From IMG/VR virus record IMGVR_UViG_3300044623_001092: DNA of 64,000 nt. The stretch is one strand, 5' to 3'. The notes under the pieces were generated by a model that saw nothing but the letters and a program-made list of their open reading frames with translations, was not told the DNA's origin and ran no database searches. The position numbers and the translations under genes were made by a program. This DNA is from a virus. This document shows positions 36,538 to 47,648 of the stretch, one piece after another; position 1 is the stretch's first letter; each line of letters starts with the position of its first letter.

Positions 36538-38736
36538 ATGTCATTTTCAGCATCAACTTGTTTAACTAACACAGGAACAACAACATTAAGTTCTACGTTA
36601 ACAATATACAGTAATCCAATTTCACCAACAAGTCCAGGTACTTATGTAACTACTGTACCAACGACAGATATAACAGGAGGCAACTGTCCTTATACTTTTG
36701 AAGTTCCTGATGGTACGACAATAATAAGATTATCAGACCCAATTAGTGGTTGTTATTGTGATATACCTGTTAGCGATAATAATATGTGTACAACTTGTGA
36801 TTTGAATTTCAATACTTTTACATCCCCATCAGTTGGTAATATTGTTGCTGGTGATATCACAGGAACTTGTGACGCAAGTGTGTCTAACTACTTAATTTAT
36901 TGGTACGATGTAACAGACCCATTAACACCTATTTTCAAATTCAGTTCAGGTAAAGGGTCAATGTTTACACCATACGATAATATACACCCATTAACGGGTA
37001 CATCATCAGTTTTAGCAACATCAGGAACTTATGATGCAATATTGGAAAAAATAGAACTTAATGGTGTTGTTTTTTCAAGAACAGGTGGAACGGGGACTGT
37101 TTTGGCTGATTTAGATTGTTTACCATCAATAATTAACGGTGACCCTTTTGTAATATCAGCATTAAATTGTAGTAATGGTGGTGATAGTTCTAATTTACCA
37201 CAATATGAACATAGATTCGCATATTCAGCAACTACAGGTGGTAATTTACCTACACCATTAAGCACTACATTTGAATTATCCGCAGGTACCAAATACTTCC
37301 CATGGAAATTTCAAGGAAATTCAGTACCCGATAAAATCAAATTAACATTGGTTGCTAACGCTTATGGTGACGTACCAATAATTGTAGATTATTGGGATGT
37401 TGGTGATTTACCAAGTAATAATTCAACTCCAACAATATTTCCTAAATCAGCGGACACTACAAGTTTTTTCAGTAAGATAACCGTTTTAAGTGCGTTTACA
37501 ATAAGTAATGGTGATAATATACTAATTGAGGTGACACCATCAACCGCAAATACACAAACAAGTTGGACATTTTATTGTGGATGTTTAGACGAAATTAATT
37601 GTTTTGATTGTACACCAAGTACAGGTATGACAAGTGGTGGTACAATTAGTTATCAATTCCCTATAAGCGCAACAACATTTACCGCATATACAGGAAGTTG
37701 TAACGCAATTACTATTCAATATAAGGTTTATCAAGATTGTAGTTATTCTAATTGGACCGCTAGTACCGAGTACCAATATATGAATGGTAATGGTATTGAA
37801 CCAAATAATTTAGTTAATAAGTCAGGAACTCTGTATGTTAACTCAGTATCCTGTGGTGTCGCATCAAGCCCGACTTCCTCTCAATCATGTTTAAATTACG
37901 GAGCACCAACCGATATAACATATGAAAAAATACCTGGTTTATTCACCATAACATCCAATAATTCAACAGTTATTAGTGACCATTATAATAGATATATAAC
38001 TGCACTCGTCCCGTATATATCAACATTTTCAGGTGATAATACTAATGTTGGGTATTATAGGCACTTTTACGTAGAATGGCCAACATCAACGGGAATCACT
38101 CCTTGTGGTGATGGTACCACATCAAAAACCCTTCGTATTCATCAATCATCAATTGTAAGTACAGGTATGACAGGTAGTGATTACTACATATCATTCACTC
38201 TACCAACTGTCACAAACGGAATAACATTTACAAGTTGTGATTTAAATTGTAACAACAATGTGAATCAAATGGTAGTAAATATTAACACATCTTCAACAGG
38301 AAGTACTGAAAATTATACAGGAACAACCAATGTTGGTTCTTCATACCAATATGTGTTTTATAACGTTTTTTATTTAACTAGTGGTTCTACGAGTTCAGAT
38401 ACACTCACTGTTGGTTCATTATTGACTTTAGAAAATACTCATAATAACACATATCCCGCATCAGGTGAAACACCAACATTAATACCATCACTTTCGGGTG
38501 TCACATGCCCTAACATATTAAATAATATGAGTATAAGTTCTCCAATTCGTTATATTAAATACACATCCTATTATACTTGTAAGTTAATCAATCCAACAAA
38601 TCCATTGTCAACTGATATTAATATTTTTTCAAATTACATACCTATGAATGGTAATCCCAATCCCACTATACAAACCTTAATTGCTCAATATATTGGTGGT
38701 GTACTGAATATAATTGATTCTGATTATTTCGTGTAA
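36538..38736 (+). CDS. Cys/Thr/Ser-rich beta protein, probable virion fibre/decoration
   Basis: 732 aa; composition and context. Confidence 0.7.
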   Translation: MSFSASTCLTNTGTTTLSSTLTIYSNPISPTSPGTYVTTVPTTDITGGNCPYTFEVPDGTTIIRLSDPISGCYCDIPVSDNNMCTTCDLNFNTFTSPSVGNIVAGDITGTCDASVSNYLIYWYDVTDPLTPIFKFSSGKGSMFTPYDNIHPLTGTSSVLATSGTYDAILEKIELNGVVFSRTGGTGTVLADLDCLPSIINGDPFVISALNCSNGGDSSNLPQYEHRFAYSATTGGNLPTPLSTTFELSAGTKYFPWKFQGNSVPDKIKLTLVANAYGDVPIIVDYWDVGDLPSNNSTPTIFPKSADTTSFFSKITVLSAFTISNGDNILIEVTPSTANTQTSWTFYCGCLDEINCFDCTPSTGMTSGGTISYQFPISATTFTAYTGSCNAITIQYKVYQDCSYSNWTASTEYQYMNGNGIEPNNLVNKSGTLYVNSVSCGVASSPTSSQSCLNYGAPTDITYEKIPGLFTITSNNSTVISDHYNRYITALVPYISTFSGDNTNVGYYRHFYVEWPTSTGITPCGDGTTSKTLRIHQSSIVSTGMTGSDYYISFTLPTVTNGITFTSCDLNCNNNVNQMVVNINTSSTGSTENYTGTTNVGSSYQYVFYNVFYLTSGSTSSDTLTVGSLLTLENTHNNTYPASGETPTLIPSLSGVTCPNILNNMSISSPIRYIKYTSYYTCKLINPTNPLSTDINIFSNYIPMNGNPNPTIQTLIAQYIGGVLNIIDSDYFV

Positions 38737-38787
38737 AAAAGTTCACTATAGGTTTAAATAATTTAAAAATCAACTATTTATTATTGA

Positions 38788-41700
38788 ATGACATCTATTG
38801 AGATTGCTAACATAACAGGGTTATCATATCCCTATCAAATATACGTTTGCGACGTGTTTGGCAATCAGTGCGTACTGATTGCTACGATAAATACGTCAGT
38901 ACCTCCAAGTACTAGTTTCATATTACCAAGTCAATTTGATAATGCGCCAGCCGTCGGAGTTAAAATAATGACAAGTGATGGTTGTGAACGATTTGAAATT
39001 GTTTACTGTAACGTATTGGTTGCAACTCCTACACCTACTCCTACACCAACACCTACACCAACTCCAACACCTACCGTAACTAAAACCCCAACTCAAACAC
39101 CAACAAATACCGTAACACCAACTAACACTTCAACACAAACACCAACGAATGCTATAACACAAACACCAACGAATACTTCAACTCAAACACCTACTAATAC
39201 CGTAACTAATACACCAACTAATACGGAAACTCCAACTAACACACCAACACCCACAGTAACTAATACTGTAACTCAAACACCTACTAATACCGTAACTGAA
39301 ACACCTACTAATACTCCAACAAGTACTGTAACTGAAACGCCCACTAATACTCCTACTAGTACTGTAACTGAAACACCAACTAATACTCCAACGCCAACTA
39401 ATACTGAAACACCGACTAATACACCTACTAATACGGTAACAGAAACTCCTACGAATACCCCGACTAATACTACAACCCCAACATCAACAGTTACTGAAAC
39501 ACCGACTAACACACCAACCAATACCCCAACCAACACTATAACACCAACTGTTACTGAAACGCCAACTAACACTCCGACTAATACTATAACACCGACCGAA
39601 ACACCAACTAACACACCAACTAACACGTCAACAATAACACCATTTAACCCAACTAGTACACCAACATCTACTGTAACTGAAACTCCAACTCAAACACCTA
39701 CTCCTACTGTAACTGAAACACCAACAAATACTCCAACATCAACGGTAACCGAAACACCAACAAATACTCCAACATCAACTGTAACTGAAACTCCTACTAA
39801 CACTCCAACTAACACTCCAACTCCAACCAACACAGAAACCCCTACTAATACGCCAACCTCAACTGTTACCGAAACACCAACACAAACACCTACTAATACT
39901 CAAACCCCAACTAACACAGTTACTCAAACTCCAACAAACACTGTAACACCAACTAACACTTCAACACAGACTCCGACTAACACGCCTACGAATACTCCAA
40001 CGAACACCGTAACTAATACCGTTACTCCAACAAAAACTTCTACGAATACACCAACGAATACCCCAACAAATACGCCTACGAATACTGTTACACCGACAAA
40101 TACTTCTACTCAAACACCAACCAATACATCTACTAACACACCAACGAATACTGTTACACCAACGAATACTTCAACTCAAACTCCGACTAATACTCCCACT
40201 AACACATCTACGAATACACCAACACAAACACCAACGAACACAGTAACTAATACCGTTACTCCGACTAACACGTCGACAAATACTCCAACTAATACACCAA
40301 CAAATACTGTAACTCCAACCAATACTTCTACTAATACGCCTACGAATACTCCAACTAATACAGTGACTAATACTGTAACACCAACAAGGACTTCAACTAA
40401 CACACCTACGAATACTCCAACCAATACTGTAACGTCAACTATTACCCCAACTAATACTTCAACCAACACACCTACAAATACACCTACAAATACGGTTACT
40501 CCAACTAATACTTCAACCAATACTCCGACTAACACACCTACGAATACATCAACAAATACTCCTACAAATACTGTTACTCCAACTAACACACCTACGAATA
40601 CACCTACAAATACTGTTACTCCAACAAGGACTTCAACCAACACACCTACTAATACACCAACAAATACTATAACACCTACTAACACTTCAACTAACACACC
40701 TACAAATACTCCAACGAACACTGTTACACCAACAAGAACTTCAACAAATACTCCAACTAATACACCTACTAACACTGTAACACCAACAAGAACTTCAACA
40801 AATACTCCAACTAATACACCTACTAACACTGTAACACCAACAAGGACCTCTACCAATACCCCTACAAACACTCCAACGAACACTGTTACACCAACTAATA
40901 CTTCAACCAACACACCTACAAACACTCCAACGAACACTGTTACACCAACTAATACTTCAACCAACACACCCACAAACACTCCAACGAACACTGTTACACC
41001 AACTAATACTTCAACCAACACACCTACAAACACATCAACACAAACTCCGACTAACACACCAACAAATACTGTAACACCAACTAACACACCTACTAATACT
41101 TCTACTAACACACCTACAAATACACCAACTAACACACCTACTAATACTCCAACACAAACACCTACTAATACTCCAACGAATACTGTTACACCAACAAGGA
41201 CTTCAACAAATACTCCGACTAATACACCTACTAACACCCCAACGAATACGGTAACACCGACCAATACTGTAACTCAAACACCGACTAATACACCTACAGG
41301 AACTCCATTGGAGACTCCAACAAACACACCAACAAGAACATCAACTAATACCCCTACAAACACTCCAACGAATACTATTACCCCAACTAATACTTCTACT
41401 AACACCCCAACTAATACACCAACAAATACTGTCACATCCACAATTACCCCAACAAATACTTCTACTAATACCCCAACAAACACTGTGACACCAACTATTA
41501 CACCGACTAACACTTCAACAAACACACCTACGAACACTGTAACACCTACAAGAACTTCAACTAATACTCCGACTAATACTTCTACTAACACCCCAACGAA
41601 TACACCTACAAATACTGTTACTCCAACAAGGACTTCAACCAACACCCCAACTAATACACCTACAAATACGGTTACTCCAACAAATACTTCAACCAACACC

Positions 41701-44700
41701 CCTACGAATACTGTAACACCAACAAATACTTCAACTCAAACCCCTACGAATACTGTAACACCAACAAGAACTGCAATGAACACTCCTACGAATACCCCTA
41801 CAAATACTGTTACATCAACTAACACCCCAACGAACACTTCGACTAATACTCCTACGAATACGCCAACAAACACTGTAACATCAACTATAACTCCGACCAA
41901 TACTCCTACGAACACACCAACAAAAACTGTTACACCAACCAATACTTCTACTAACACACCTACAAATACACCGACTAACACCCCAACGAATACTGTAACA
42001 AATACACCTACAAAAACAGTTACCCCTACGAATACTCCTACGAATACTCCAACTAACACACCAACGAATACAGTTACACCAACAAGGACTTCAACAAATA
42101 CTCCAACTAACACACCAACGAATACAGTTACACCAACAAGGACTTCAACAAATACTCCAACTAACACACCAACGAATACAGTTACACCAACAAGGACTTC
42201 TACCAACACCCCTACGAATACACCTACGAATACACTGACACCAACAAGGACTTCAACAAATACTCCAACTAACACACCAACGAATACAGTTACACCAACA
42301 AGGACTTCTACCAACACCCCTACGAATACACCTACGAATACACTGACACCAACAAGAACTTCAACTAACACCCCTACGAATACACCTACGAATACACTGA
42401 CACCAACAAGAACTTCAACTAACACCCCTACGAACACTTCGACTAATACTCCTACGAATACGCCTACGAACACTGTCACACCAACAAGAACCGCAACTAA
42501 TACACCGACTAATACCTCAACAAATACACCAACAAAAACCCCTACACCAACAAAAACCCCAACGTCAACTTTGGGTCTTACAAATTATTTAGCACAACAA
42601 TGTTGCCCAACAACTCAATATTGGACATTACCTAATGGTAGTTTTACCGATTTCTCAACGGCAATACCTTTTGTTGATTGTGAGGACCCTGGAGTTTGTT
42701 ACAGGTCTATAAGAGATGGTGCTATAACACGTTATTGTAATAGTGGTATTACTTTATCAGTAGATTGGACTTACGAAACACAACCTTGCGGAGCGAAAGC
42801 GATTAAATCATTAAGTCCAATTTGTTCTGATAGTTATTGGTATTTTGTACAAAATAATGATTCAACACTTAACGTATATCAAATTGCTGATAATGGTTCT
42901 GGTTATGATATCTACAGTGATGTAGGTTGTTGTTCAGAAACTTATATGTCAGATTTAACTAACTCAACAACAGGAACTACTCCATCATTACCAAACTGTA
43001 ATTTTTCGTACACAGGTTCAGGTTTATTCGATTGGTTTAATCGTATTATTGATTTATCGGGTGATGACCCTAATTTACATTTCTACCCTTACTATAATTC
43101 AGGAACAACACAATGTTTAGTTAGTGGTAACGTTAATACTCAAGTAGTATCAATAACGAATAATTATTCTCCGTTGAATAAGACAGTTAAACTAAGTGAT
43201 GGTAATTGTTATAATATTATTTCAATTACAGGTGAAACGTCAACAACTACTTGGGTTCCACCAACATTATATAATGATTGTTTAACTTGTTCATTAACAA
43301 TTACTCCAACACCAACAAGAACCAATACACCAACACCGACTAAAACCCCAACACAAACACCTACAAACACTATCACACCAACTAAAACACCTACAAATAC
43401 CATTACACCTACAAACACTCCAACGAATACTTCTACGAATACCGTTACACCGACTAATACACCAACCAATACTGTAACTCCAACAAGAACACCGACTAAT
43501 ACTCCAACCAATACCGTAACTCCAACAAGAACACCGACTAATACTCCAACTAATACACCAACTAATACACCAACAAGAACCGCAACTAACACGCCTACAA
43601 ATACTGTTACACCAACAAGAACTGCAACGAACACTCCTACGAATACACCTACGAATACTATAACCCCAACTAATACTCCTACGAATACTGTAACACCAAC
43701 CAATACCCCAACGAACACTTCGACTAATACTCCTACGAATACACCAACAAGAACTGTTACACCAACAAGAACCCCGACTAATACGCCAACTAACACACCT
43801 ACAAATACTCCGACAAATACTGTTACACCAACAAGAACTGCAACGAACACTCCAACAAGAACCGCAACTAATACACCAACGAATACTGTTACTCCAACAA
43901 GAACCGCAACTAACACTCCTACAAACACCGTTACACCAACCCAAACAATTACCCCAACCCCAAACCAAACTTGTTTTACATACCCATCAGACCAAACTAA
44001 TATCATAATACCATCATCAGGTATTTCATCTGTTTACCCAATAACATTTACTATTTCAGGTTTAGTTACTGCAATTAGTGATGTTAAAATAACATTAAGT
44101 GGATATTCCCACACCTCAGTCGGAGATGTCGGTATGTTATTGGTAGCACCTGACAATACAAGTTGGTCATTACTATCAGGTAGAGTTGGAGCGGTTAATA
44201 ATGCGGTTAACGCTAACGTAACCTTAACAAGTTTTAGTTCACCAACATGGAATGGATATAGTTCAGGAACATTTAAAAATAATACATTGGTCGGTAACTC
44301 AATGCCATTCTCAGCACCATGTCCAACAACATTTGTTACGGGTAACTCACCTGAATTTACAATTTTTGATGGGTTACAACCACCTGTTTCAAATGGTCTA
44401 TGGAAATTATATATTCAAGATTTCTCAGTTATAGATTCTGGTACATTATCAGGAGCAACATTGGTTATTTGTTCTGAAAATACAACACCTACACCAACAC
44501 CAACTAATACTGTTACACCAACAATTACCCCGACTAATACGCCAACTAACACACCAACAAGAACTGTAACTCCAACAATAACTCCAACTAATACACCAAC
44601 AAGAACTGTAACACCAACAAGAACTTCAACTAATACTCCAACTAACACGCCGACAAACACTCCAACAAATACAGTTACACCATCTATAACACCAACCAAT

Positions 44701-46722
44701 ACCCCAACTAACACACCAACAAGAACTGTAACTCCAACAAGAACCCCAACTAATACTTCAACTAACACGCCGACAAACACACCAACTAATACAGTTACAC
44801 CAACAAGAACCCCGACTAATACGCCAACTAACACACCAACAAGAACCGCAACTAACACGCCGACAAATACTGTTACACCTACAAGAACCGCAACTAACAC
44901 GCCGACAAATACTCCAACAAATACAGTTACACCATCTATAACACCAACCAATACCCCAACTAACACCGTAACAAGAACTGTAACACCAACAAGAACTCCA
45001 ACTAATACTTCAACTAACACGCCGACAAACACACCAACTAATACAGTTACACCAACAAGAACCCCGACTAATACGCCAACTAACACACCAACAAGAACCG
45101 CAACTAACACGCCGACAAATACTGTTACACCTACAAGAACCGCAACTAACACGCCGACAAATACTCCAACAAAAACTGTTACACCATCTATAACACCAAC
45201 TAACACACCTACTAACACCGTAACAAGAACTGTAACACCAACAAGAACTCCAACTAATACTCCAACATCAACAGTTACACCGACAAGAACACCAACGAAT
45301 ACTCCAACACCTACTAAAACACCTACTCCAACACCAACATCAACATGTTTTAGTTATACTTTAGTTGGTACAGGTCGTTCAGGTGGTCAGTTCACATTTA
45401 CACCTTGTTGTACTAACGTTTATAATTCACCTGTTACTTTGAGTGCTGAGGATGGAGTATCAACAACTCAAGTATGTTCAAGTACATTACCTGTTTTATC
45501 AAGTGGTGGAGGAACAATCACGTTAAATGGTACATGTGATTATTGTGGTGATTGTTATTGTTTTGATTTGGCGGGTGGTGGATATACTTATATTGATTGT
45601 TCAGGGACAACACAAACTATTTTGACGTTGGCGACTACTGTATGTTCATCAAGTTATGTAGTACCAGATAGCTTTTCATCATCTTTCTCTAGAAGAGGAT
45701 TCTGTAGTGGTGGTATATGTCCAACACCAACACCTACACCAACACCAACGCCGACCATAACTGTTACACCGACAAGTACTTGTATTGGATATAACTTAAC
45801 TTACAACGGTGCTGAGTTAGGGTCATCAAGTGTTGCTTTTACACCATGTTGTAGTAATTCAACTGTGAATCCACGAGGGATGGGAATAGAAAGACCTTTT
45901 TTCTCAATTTGTTCAACAACTACACCTGTCGTTACTAATCTTAATGGTGGTAGTGTCTCAGTAGTTTCAACAGGTGTTTGTCCATGTACTACACCTACAC
46001 CAACACCAACAGTCACACCAACTAAAACAAATACACCAACACCCTCAGTTACTCCTAATTTTGTATCTGCGAATTTAATGATTCATTATGATTATAATAA
46101 TACATCATCATACGTTGGGACAGGTACATTAGTTAACGATTTAACGTCCGATAATATTACATCAACATTAACAGGCGGACCAACATTCAGTGGGTCACCA
46201 TTTGGTGTTATGAATTTTGATGGTGCTGGCGACCATACCTCATCCATCCAAAACGCCAATCTGTCAGCAATAACTAGCACGGTAACTTGTGAAGTATGGG
46301 TAAGACCTATTGATGTAAGTTTAGGTTCTGAAAAACAATTAGTAAATTATAATAATAACTTAGGTTTCAGAGCTAGAATAAACACAGATGGTTCAGTTGA
46401 AGCTATATATAACAACGGTGGAAGTGTCGATACCCTTCTAACCAGCCCTTCTTTAATTTTAAGTTCTACATGGTACCAAATAACTGTTGTATACCAAAAC
46501 ACATTGGTGAGTATTTACAAAAATGGGGCATTAGTAACCTCAGTTTTTGGATTAGGATTAAGCATGAACGCAACAAACACTAATATTCAATTTGGAAGAA
46601 TGTCTCCAGGTACTGAATGGTTTAAAGGTGGTTTAGGTATAATGAGAGTGTATAACTCAGCATTATCGGCAGCACAAGTCTTACAAAATTTTAATTTTAA
46701 TAGAGGAAGATTTGGTATATAA
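38788..46722 (+). CDS. Giant mucin-like protein: TPTN repeat blocks, Cys-rich modules, proprotein-convertase P-domain, C-terminal LamG/ConA-like domain
   Basis: 2644 aa; P-domain [24 protein letters not shown]...[10 protein letters not shown]...SGTLSG; LamG FDGAGD...TCEVWVRP...WYQITVVY...IYKNG...[17 protein letters not shown]. Confidence 0.85.
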   Translation: MTSIEIANITGLSYPYQIYVCDVFGNQCVLIATINTSVPPSTSFILPSQFDNAPAVGVKIMTSDGCERFEIVYCNVLVATPTPTPTPTPTPTPTPTVTKTPTQTPTNTVTPTNTSTQTPTNAITQTPTNTSTQTPTNTVTNTPTNTETPTNTPTPTVTNTVTQTPTNTVTETPTNTPTSTVTETPTNTPTSTVTETPTNTPTPTNTETPTNTPTNTVTETPTNTPTNTTTPTSTVTETPTNTPTNTPTNTITPTVTETPTNTPTNTITPTETPTNTPTNTSTITPFNPTSTPTSTVTETPTQTPTPTVTETPTNTPTSTVTETPTNTPTSTVTETPTNTPTNTPTPTNTETPTNTPTSTVTETPTQTPTNTQTPTNTVTQTPTNTVTPTNTSTQTPTNTPTNTPTNTVTNTVTPTKTSTNTPTNTPTNTPTNTVTPTNTSTQTPTNTSTNTPTNTVTPTNTSTQTPTNTPTNTSTNTPTQTPTNTVTNTVTPTNTSTNTPTNTPTNTVTPTNTSTNTPTNTPTNTVTNTVTPTRTSTNTPTNTPTNTVTSTITPTNTSTNTPTNTPTNTVTPTNTSTNTPTNTPTNTSTNTPTNTVTPTNTPTNTPTNTVTPTRTSTNTPTNTPTNTITPTNTSTNTPTNTPTNTVTPTRTSTNTPTNTPTNTVTPTRTSTNTPTNTPTNTVTPTRTSTNTPTNTPTNTVTPTNTSTNTPTNTPTNTVTPTNTSTNTPTNTPTNTVTPTNTSTNTPTNTSTQTPTNTPTNTVTPTNTPTNTSTNTPTNTPTNTPTNTPTQTPTNTPTNTVTPTRTSTNTPTNTPTNTPTNTVTPTNTVTQTPTNTPTGTPLETPTNTPTRTSTNTPTNTPTNTITPTNTSTNTPTNTPTNTVTSTITPTNTSTNTPTNTVTPTITPTNTSTNTPTNTVTPTRTSTNTPTNTSTNTPTNTPTNTVTPTRTSTNTPTNTPTNTVTPTNTSTNTPTNTVTPTNTSTQTPTNTVTPTRTAMNTPTNTPTNTVTSTNTPTNTSTNTPTNTPTNTVTSTITPTNTPTNTPTKTVTPTNTSTNTPTNTPTNTPTNTVTNTPTKTVTPTNTPTNTPTNTPTNTVTPTRTSTNTPTNTPTNTVTPTRTSTNTPTNTPTNTVTPTRTSTNTPTNTPTNTLTPTRTSTNTPTNTPTNTVTPTRTSTNTPTNTPTNTLTPTRTSTNTPTNTPTNTLTPTRTSTNTPTNTSTNTPTNTPTNTVTPTRTATNTPTNTSTNTPTKTPTPTKTPTSTLGLTNYLAQQCCPTTQYWTLPNGSFTDFSTAIPFVDCEDPGVCYRSIRDGAITRYCNSGITLSVDWTYETQPCGAKAIKSLSPICSDSYWYFVQNNDSTLNVYQIADNGSGYDIYSDVGCCSETYMSDLTNSTTGTTPSLPNCNFSYTGSGLFDWFNRIIDLSGDDPNLHFYPYYNSGTTQCLVSGNVNTQVVSITNNYSPLNKTVKLSDGNCYNIISITGETSTTTWVPPTLYNDCLTCSLTITPTPTRTNTPTPTKTPTQTPTNTITPTKTPTNTITPTNTPTNTSTNTVTPTNTPTNTVTPTRTPTNTPTNTVTPTRTPTNTPTNTPTNTPTRTATNTPTNTVTPTRTATNTPTNTPTNTITPTNTPTNTVTPTNTPTNTSTNTPTNTPTRTVTPTRTPTNTPTNTPTNTPTNTVTPTRTATNTPTRTATNTPTNTVTPTRTATNTPTNTVTPTQTITPTPNQTCFTYPSDQTNIIIPSSGISSVYPITFTISGLVTAISDVKITLSGYSHTSVGDVGMLLVAPDNTSWSLLSGRVGAVNNAVNANVTLTSFSSPTWNGYSSGTFKNNTLVGNSMPFSAPCPTTFVTGNSPEFTIFDGLQPPVSNGLWKLYIQDFSVIDSGTLSGATLVICSENTTPTPTPTNTVTPTITPTNTPTNTPTRTVTPTITPTNTPTRTVTPTRTSTNTPTNTPTNTPTNTVTPSITPTNTPTNTPTRTVTPTRTPTNTSTNTPTNTPTNTVTPTRTPTNTPTNTPTRTATNTPTNTVTPTRTATNTPTNTPTNTVTPSITPTNTPTNTVTRTVTPTRTPTNTSTNTPTNTPTNTVTPTRTPTNTPTNTPTRTATNTPTNTVTPTRTATNTPTNTPTKTVTPSITPTNTPTNTVTRTVTPTRTPTNTPTSTVTPTRTPTNTPTPTKTPTPTPTSTCFSYTLVGTGRSGGQFTFTPCCTNVYNSPVTLSAEDGVSTTQVCSSTLPVLSSGGGTITLNGTCDYCGDCYCFDLAGGGYTYIDCSGTTQTILTLATTVCSSSYVVPDSFSSSFSRRGFCSGGICPTPTPTPTPTPTITVTPTSTCIGYNLTYNGAELGSSSVAFTPCCSNSTVNPRGMGIERPFFSICSTTTPVVTNLNGGSVSVVSTGVCPCTTPTPTPTVTPTKTNTPTPSVTPNFVSANLMIHYDYNNTSSYVGTGTLVNDLTSDNITSTLTGGPTFSGSPFGVMNFDGAGDHTSSIQNANLSAITSTVTCEVWVRPIDVSLGSEKQLVNYNNNLGFRARINTDGSVEAIYNNGGSVDTLLTSPSLILSSTWYQITVVYQNTLVSIYKNGALVTSVFGLGLSMNATNTNIQFGRMSPGTEWFKGGLGIMRVYNSALSAAQVLQNFNFNRGRFGI
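39022..42570 (+). repeat. Coding Thr/Pro/Asn repeat block 1 (includes near-exact 54-bp units near 42060-42430)
   Basis: [12 protein letters not shown] units; ccaacgaatacagttacaccaacaaggacttc recurs at a 54-nt period. Confidence 0.9.
43297..43960 (+). repeat. Coding Thr/Pro repeat block 2
   Basis: TPTN/TPTR units. Confidence 0.9.
44482..45345 (+). repeat. Coding Thr/Pro repeat block 3 with 252-bp higher-order period
   Basis: catctata (PSIT) at 44681, 44933, 45185. Confidence 0.85.
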
Positions 46723-46737
46723 GGATATTTATATAAT

Positions 46738-46986
46738 ATGTTCGAAAATAGAGTATTTATAATAATTTCAACCGTTGAAATTCCATTTATTAATTTTGAA
46801 GAGATTTTATTCAAATCTTACAATGACCTTATTTTGTCGGTGAACAAAACTAAAACAATTTTAAAATGGGATGGTCCTACAACACCATCATTTTACGATA
46901 ATTTAAATACTAAGGAAGGTCCATATACTATTAGTGAGATTACTCAAATTTTGTCAACACCTGAATGGTACATAGAAAGTAATTAA
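46738..46986 (+). CDS. Small hypothetical protein, possible fibre chaperone
   Basis: 82 aa, INF..I....KTILKWDG..P...GPYT..EI..IL...EW; directly after the LamG gene. Confidence 0.65.
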   Translation: MFENRVFIIISTVEIPFINFEEILFKSYNDLILSVNKTKTILKWDGPTTPSFYDNLNTKEGPYTISEITQILSTPEWYIESN

Positions 46987-47012
46987 AAAAAAAGGGAAGT
47001 AATAACTTCCCC
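46986..47012 (-). terminator. Intrinsic terminator between convergent genes
   Basis: A-run then gggaagt-aata-acttccc hairpin. Confidence 0.7.
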
Positions 47013-47035
47013 ATAACATTTTAATATTTAATTTT

Positions 47036-47644
47036 TTACCAAACCTCAATTTGATTCATAAAACCAAGGACACAACAATAGGCATCGGTTTGGTCAAAAT
47101 TTTCTTTCTTTAAAGTATTATTTTTGGTGTATAACCATTGAATTTGAGGTTCAAGTTTAGCAATTTTCTCCCATATAATCATTTTCTTATCAATGTCTTT
47201 AGGTAGACCACCAAACAAAACAAACTTACCTTTATCATTCTGTTGAACCAACTCAGGGAAAGCAAATTTTCTTGAGTTATAAGTCGATATAAATTCAGGT
47301 ACTATACCAAGGATATCGTAAATTTCTTTACAGATAAAACTATTAAACCTCATTAAAACTTGTACAGTATTAATATTATTTGAGTTCAACAAAGGTTCTT
47401 CAATAATGACTCTAACAATTCCTAAATTTTTATATTCTAAAAGTTTAGTATTAAAAACCTCAGCCTTTAACAATAAATCTTTAATTTTACTGTTATCTTG
47501 ATTTTCTGTAGATTTAGGTCTAGGTGAAATATGTGTCAATTCCAAAAGTTCTTTACTTTGGATGTCAAATAATGCCCACCCTATTGTTCGGGTTGAAACA
47601 TCTAATCCTAATACTTTTGGGCTTTCTTTTAATGTTTTACTCAT
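47036..47644 (-). CDS. RuvC-like Holliday junction resolvase
   Basis: VLGLDVSTRTIGWA, IIEEP, FDQTDAY acidic catalytic motifs; ATG 47644. Confidence 0.8.
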   Translation of the reverse strand: MSKTLKESPKVLGLDVSTRTIGWALFDIQSKELLELTHISPRPKSTENQDNSKIKDLLLKAEVFNTKLLEYKNLGIVRVIIEEPLLNSNNINTVQVLMRFNSFICKEIYDILGIVPEFISTYNSRKFAFPELVQQNDKGKFVLFGGLPKDIDKKMIIWEKIAKLEPQIQWLYTKNNTLKKENFDQTDAYCCVLGFMNQIEVW

Positions 47645-47648
47645 AAAT

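Noticed and set aside
39273-45218. Long Val/Gly-rich minus-strand ORFs
   Set aside because: Antisense shadows of the Thr/Pro/Asn codon repeats of the + strand giant gene
47036-47644. TnpB/Cas12-like RNA-guided RuvC
   Set aside because: About 200 aa, no Zn finger or REC/wedge region and no flanking ncRNA space; fits a plain resolvase
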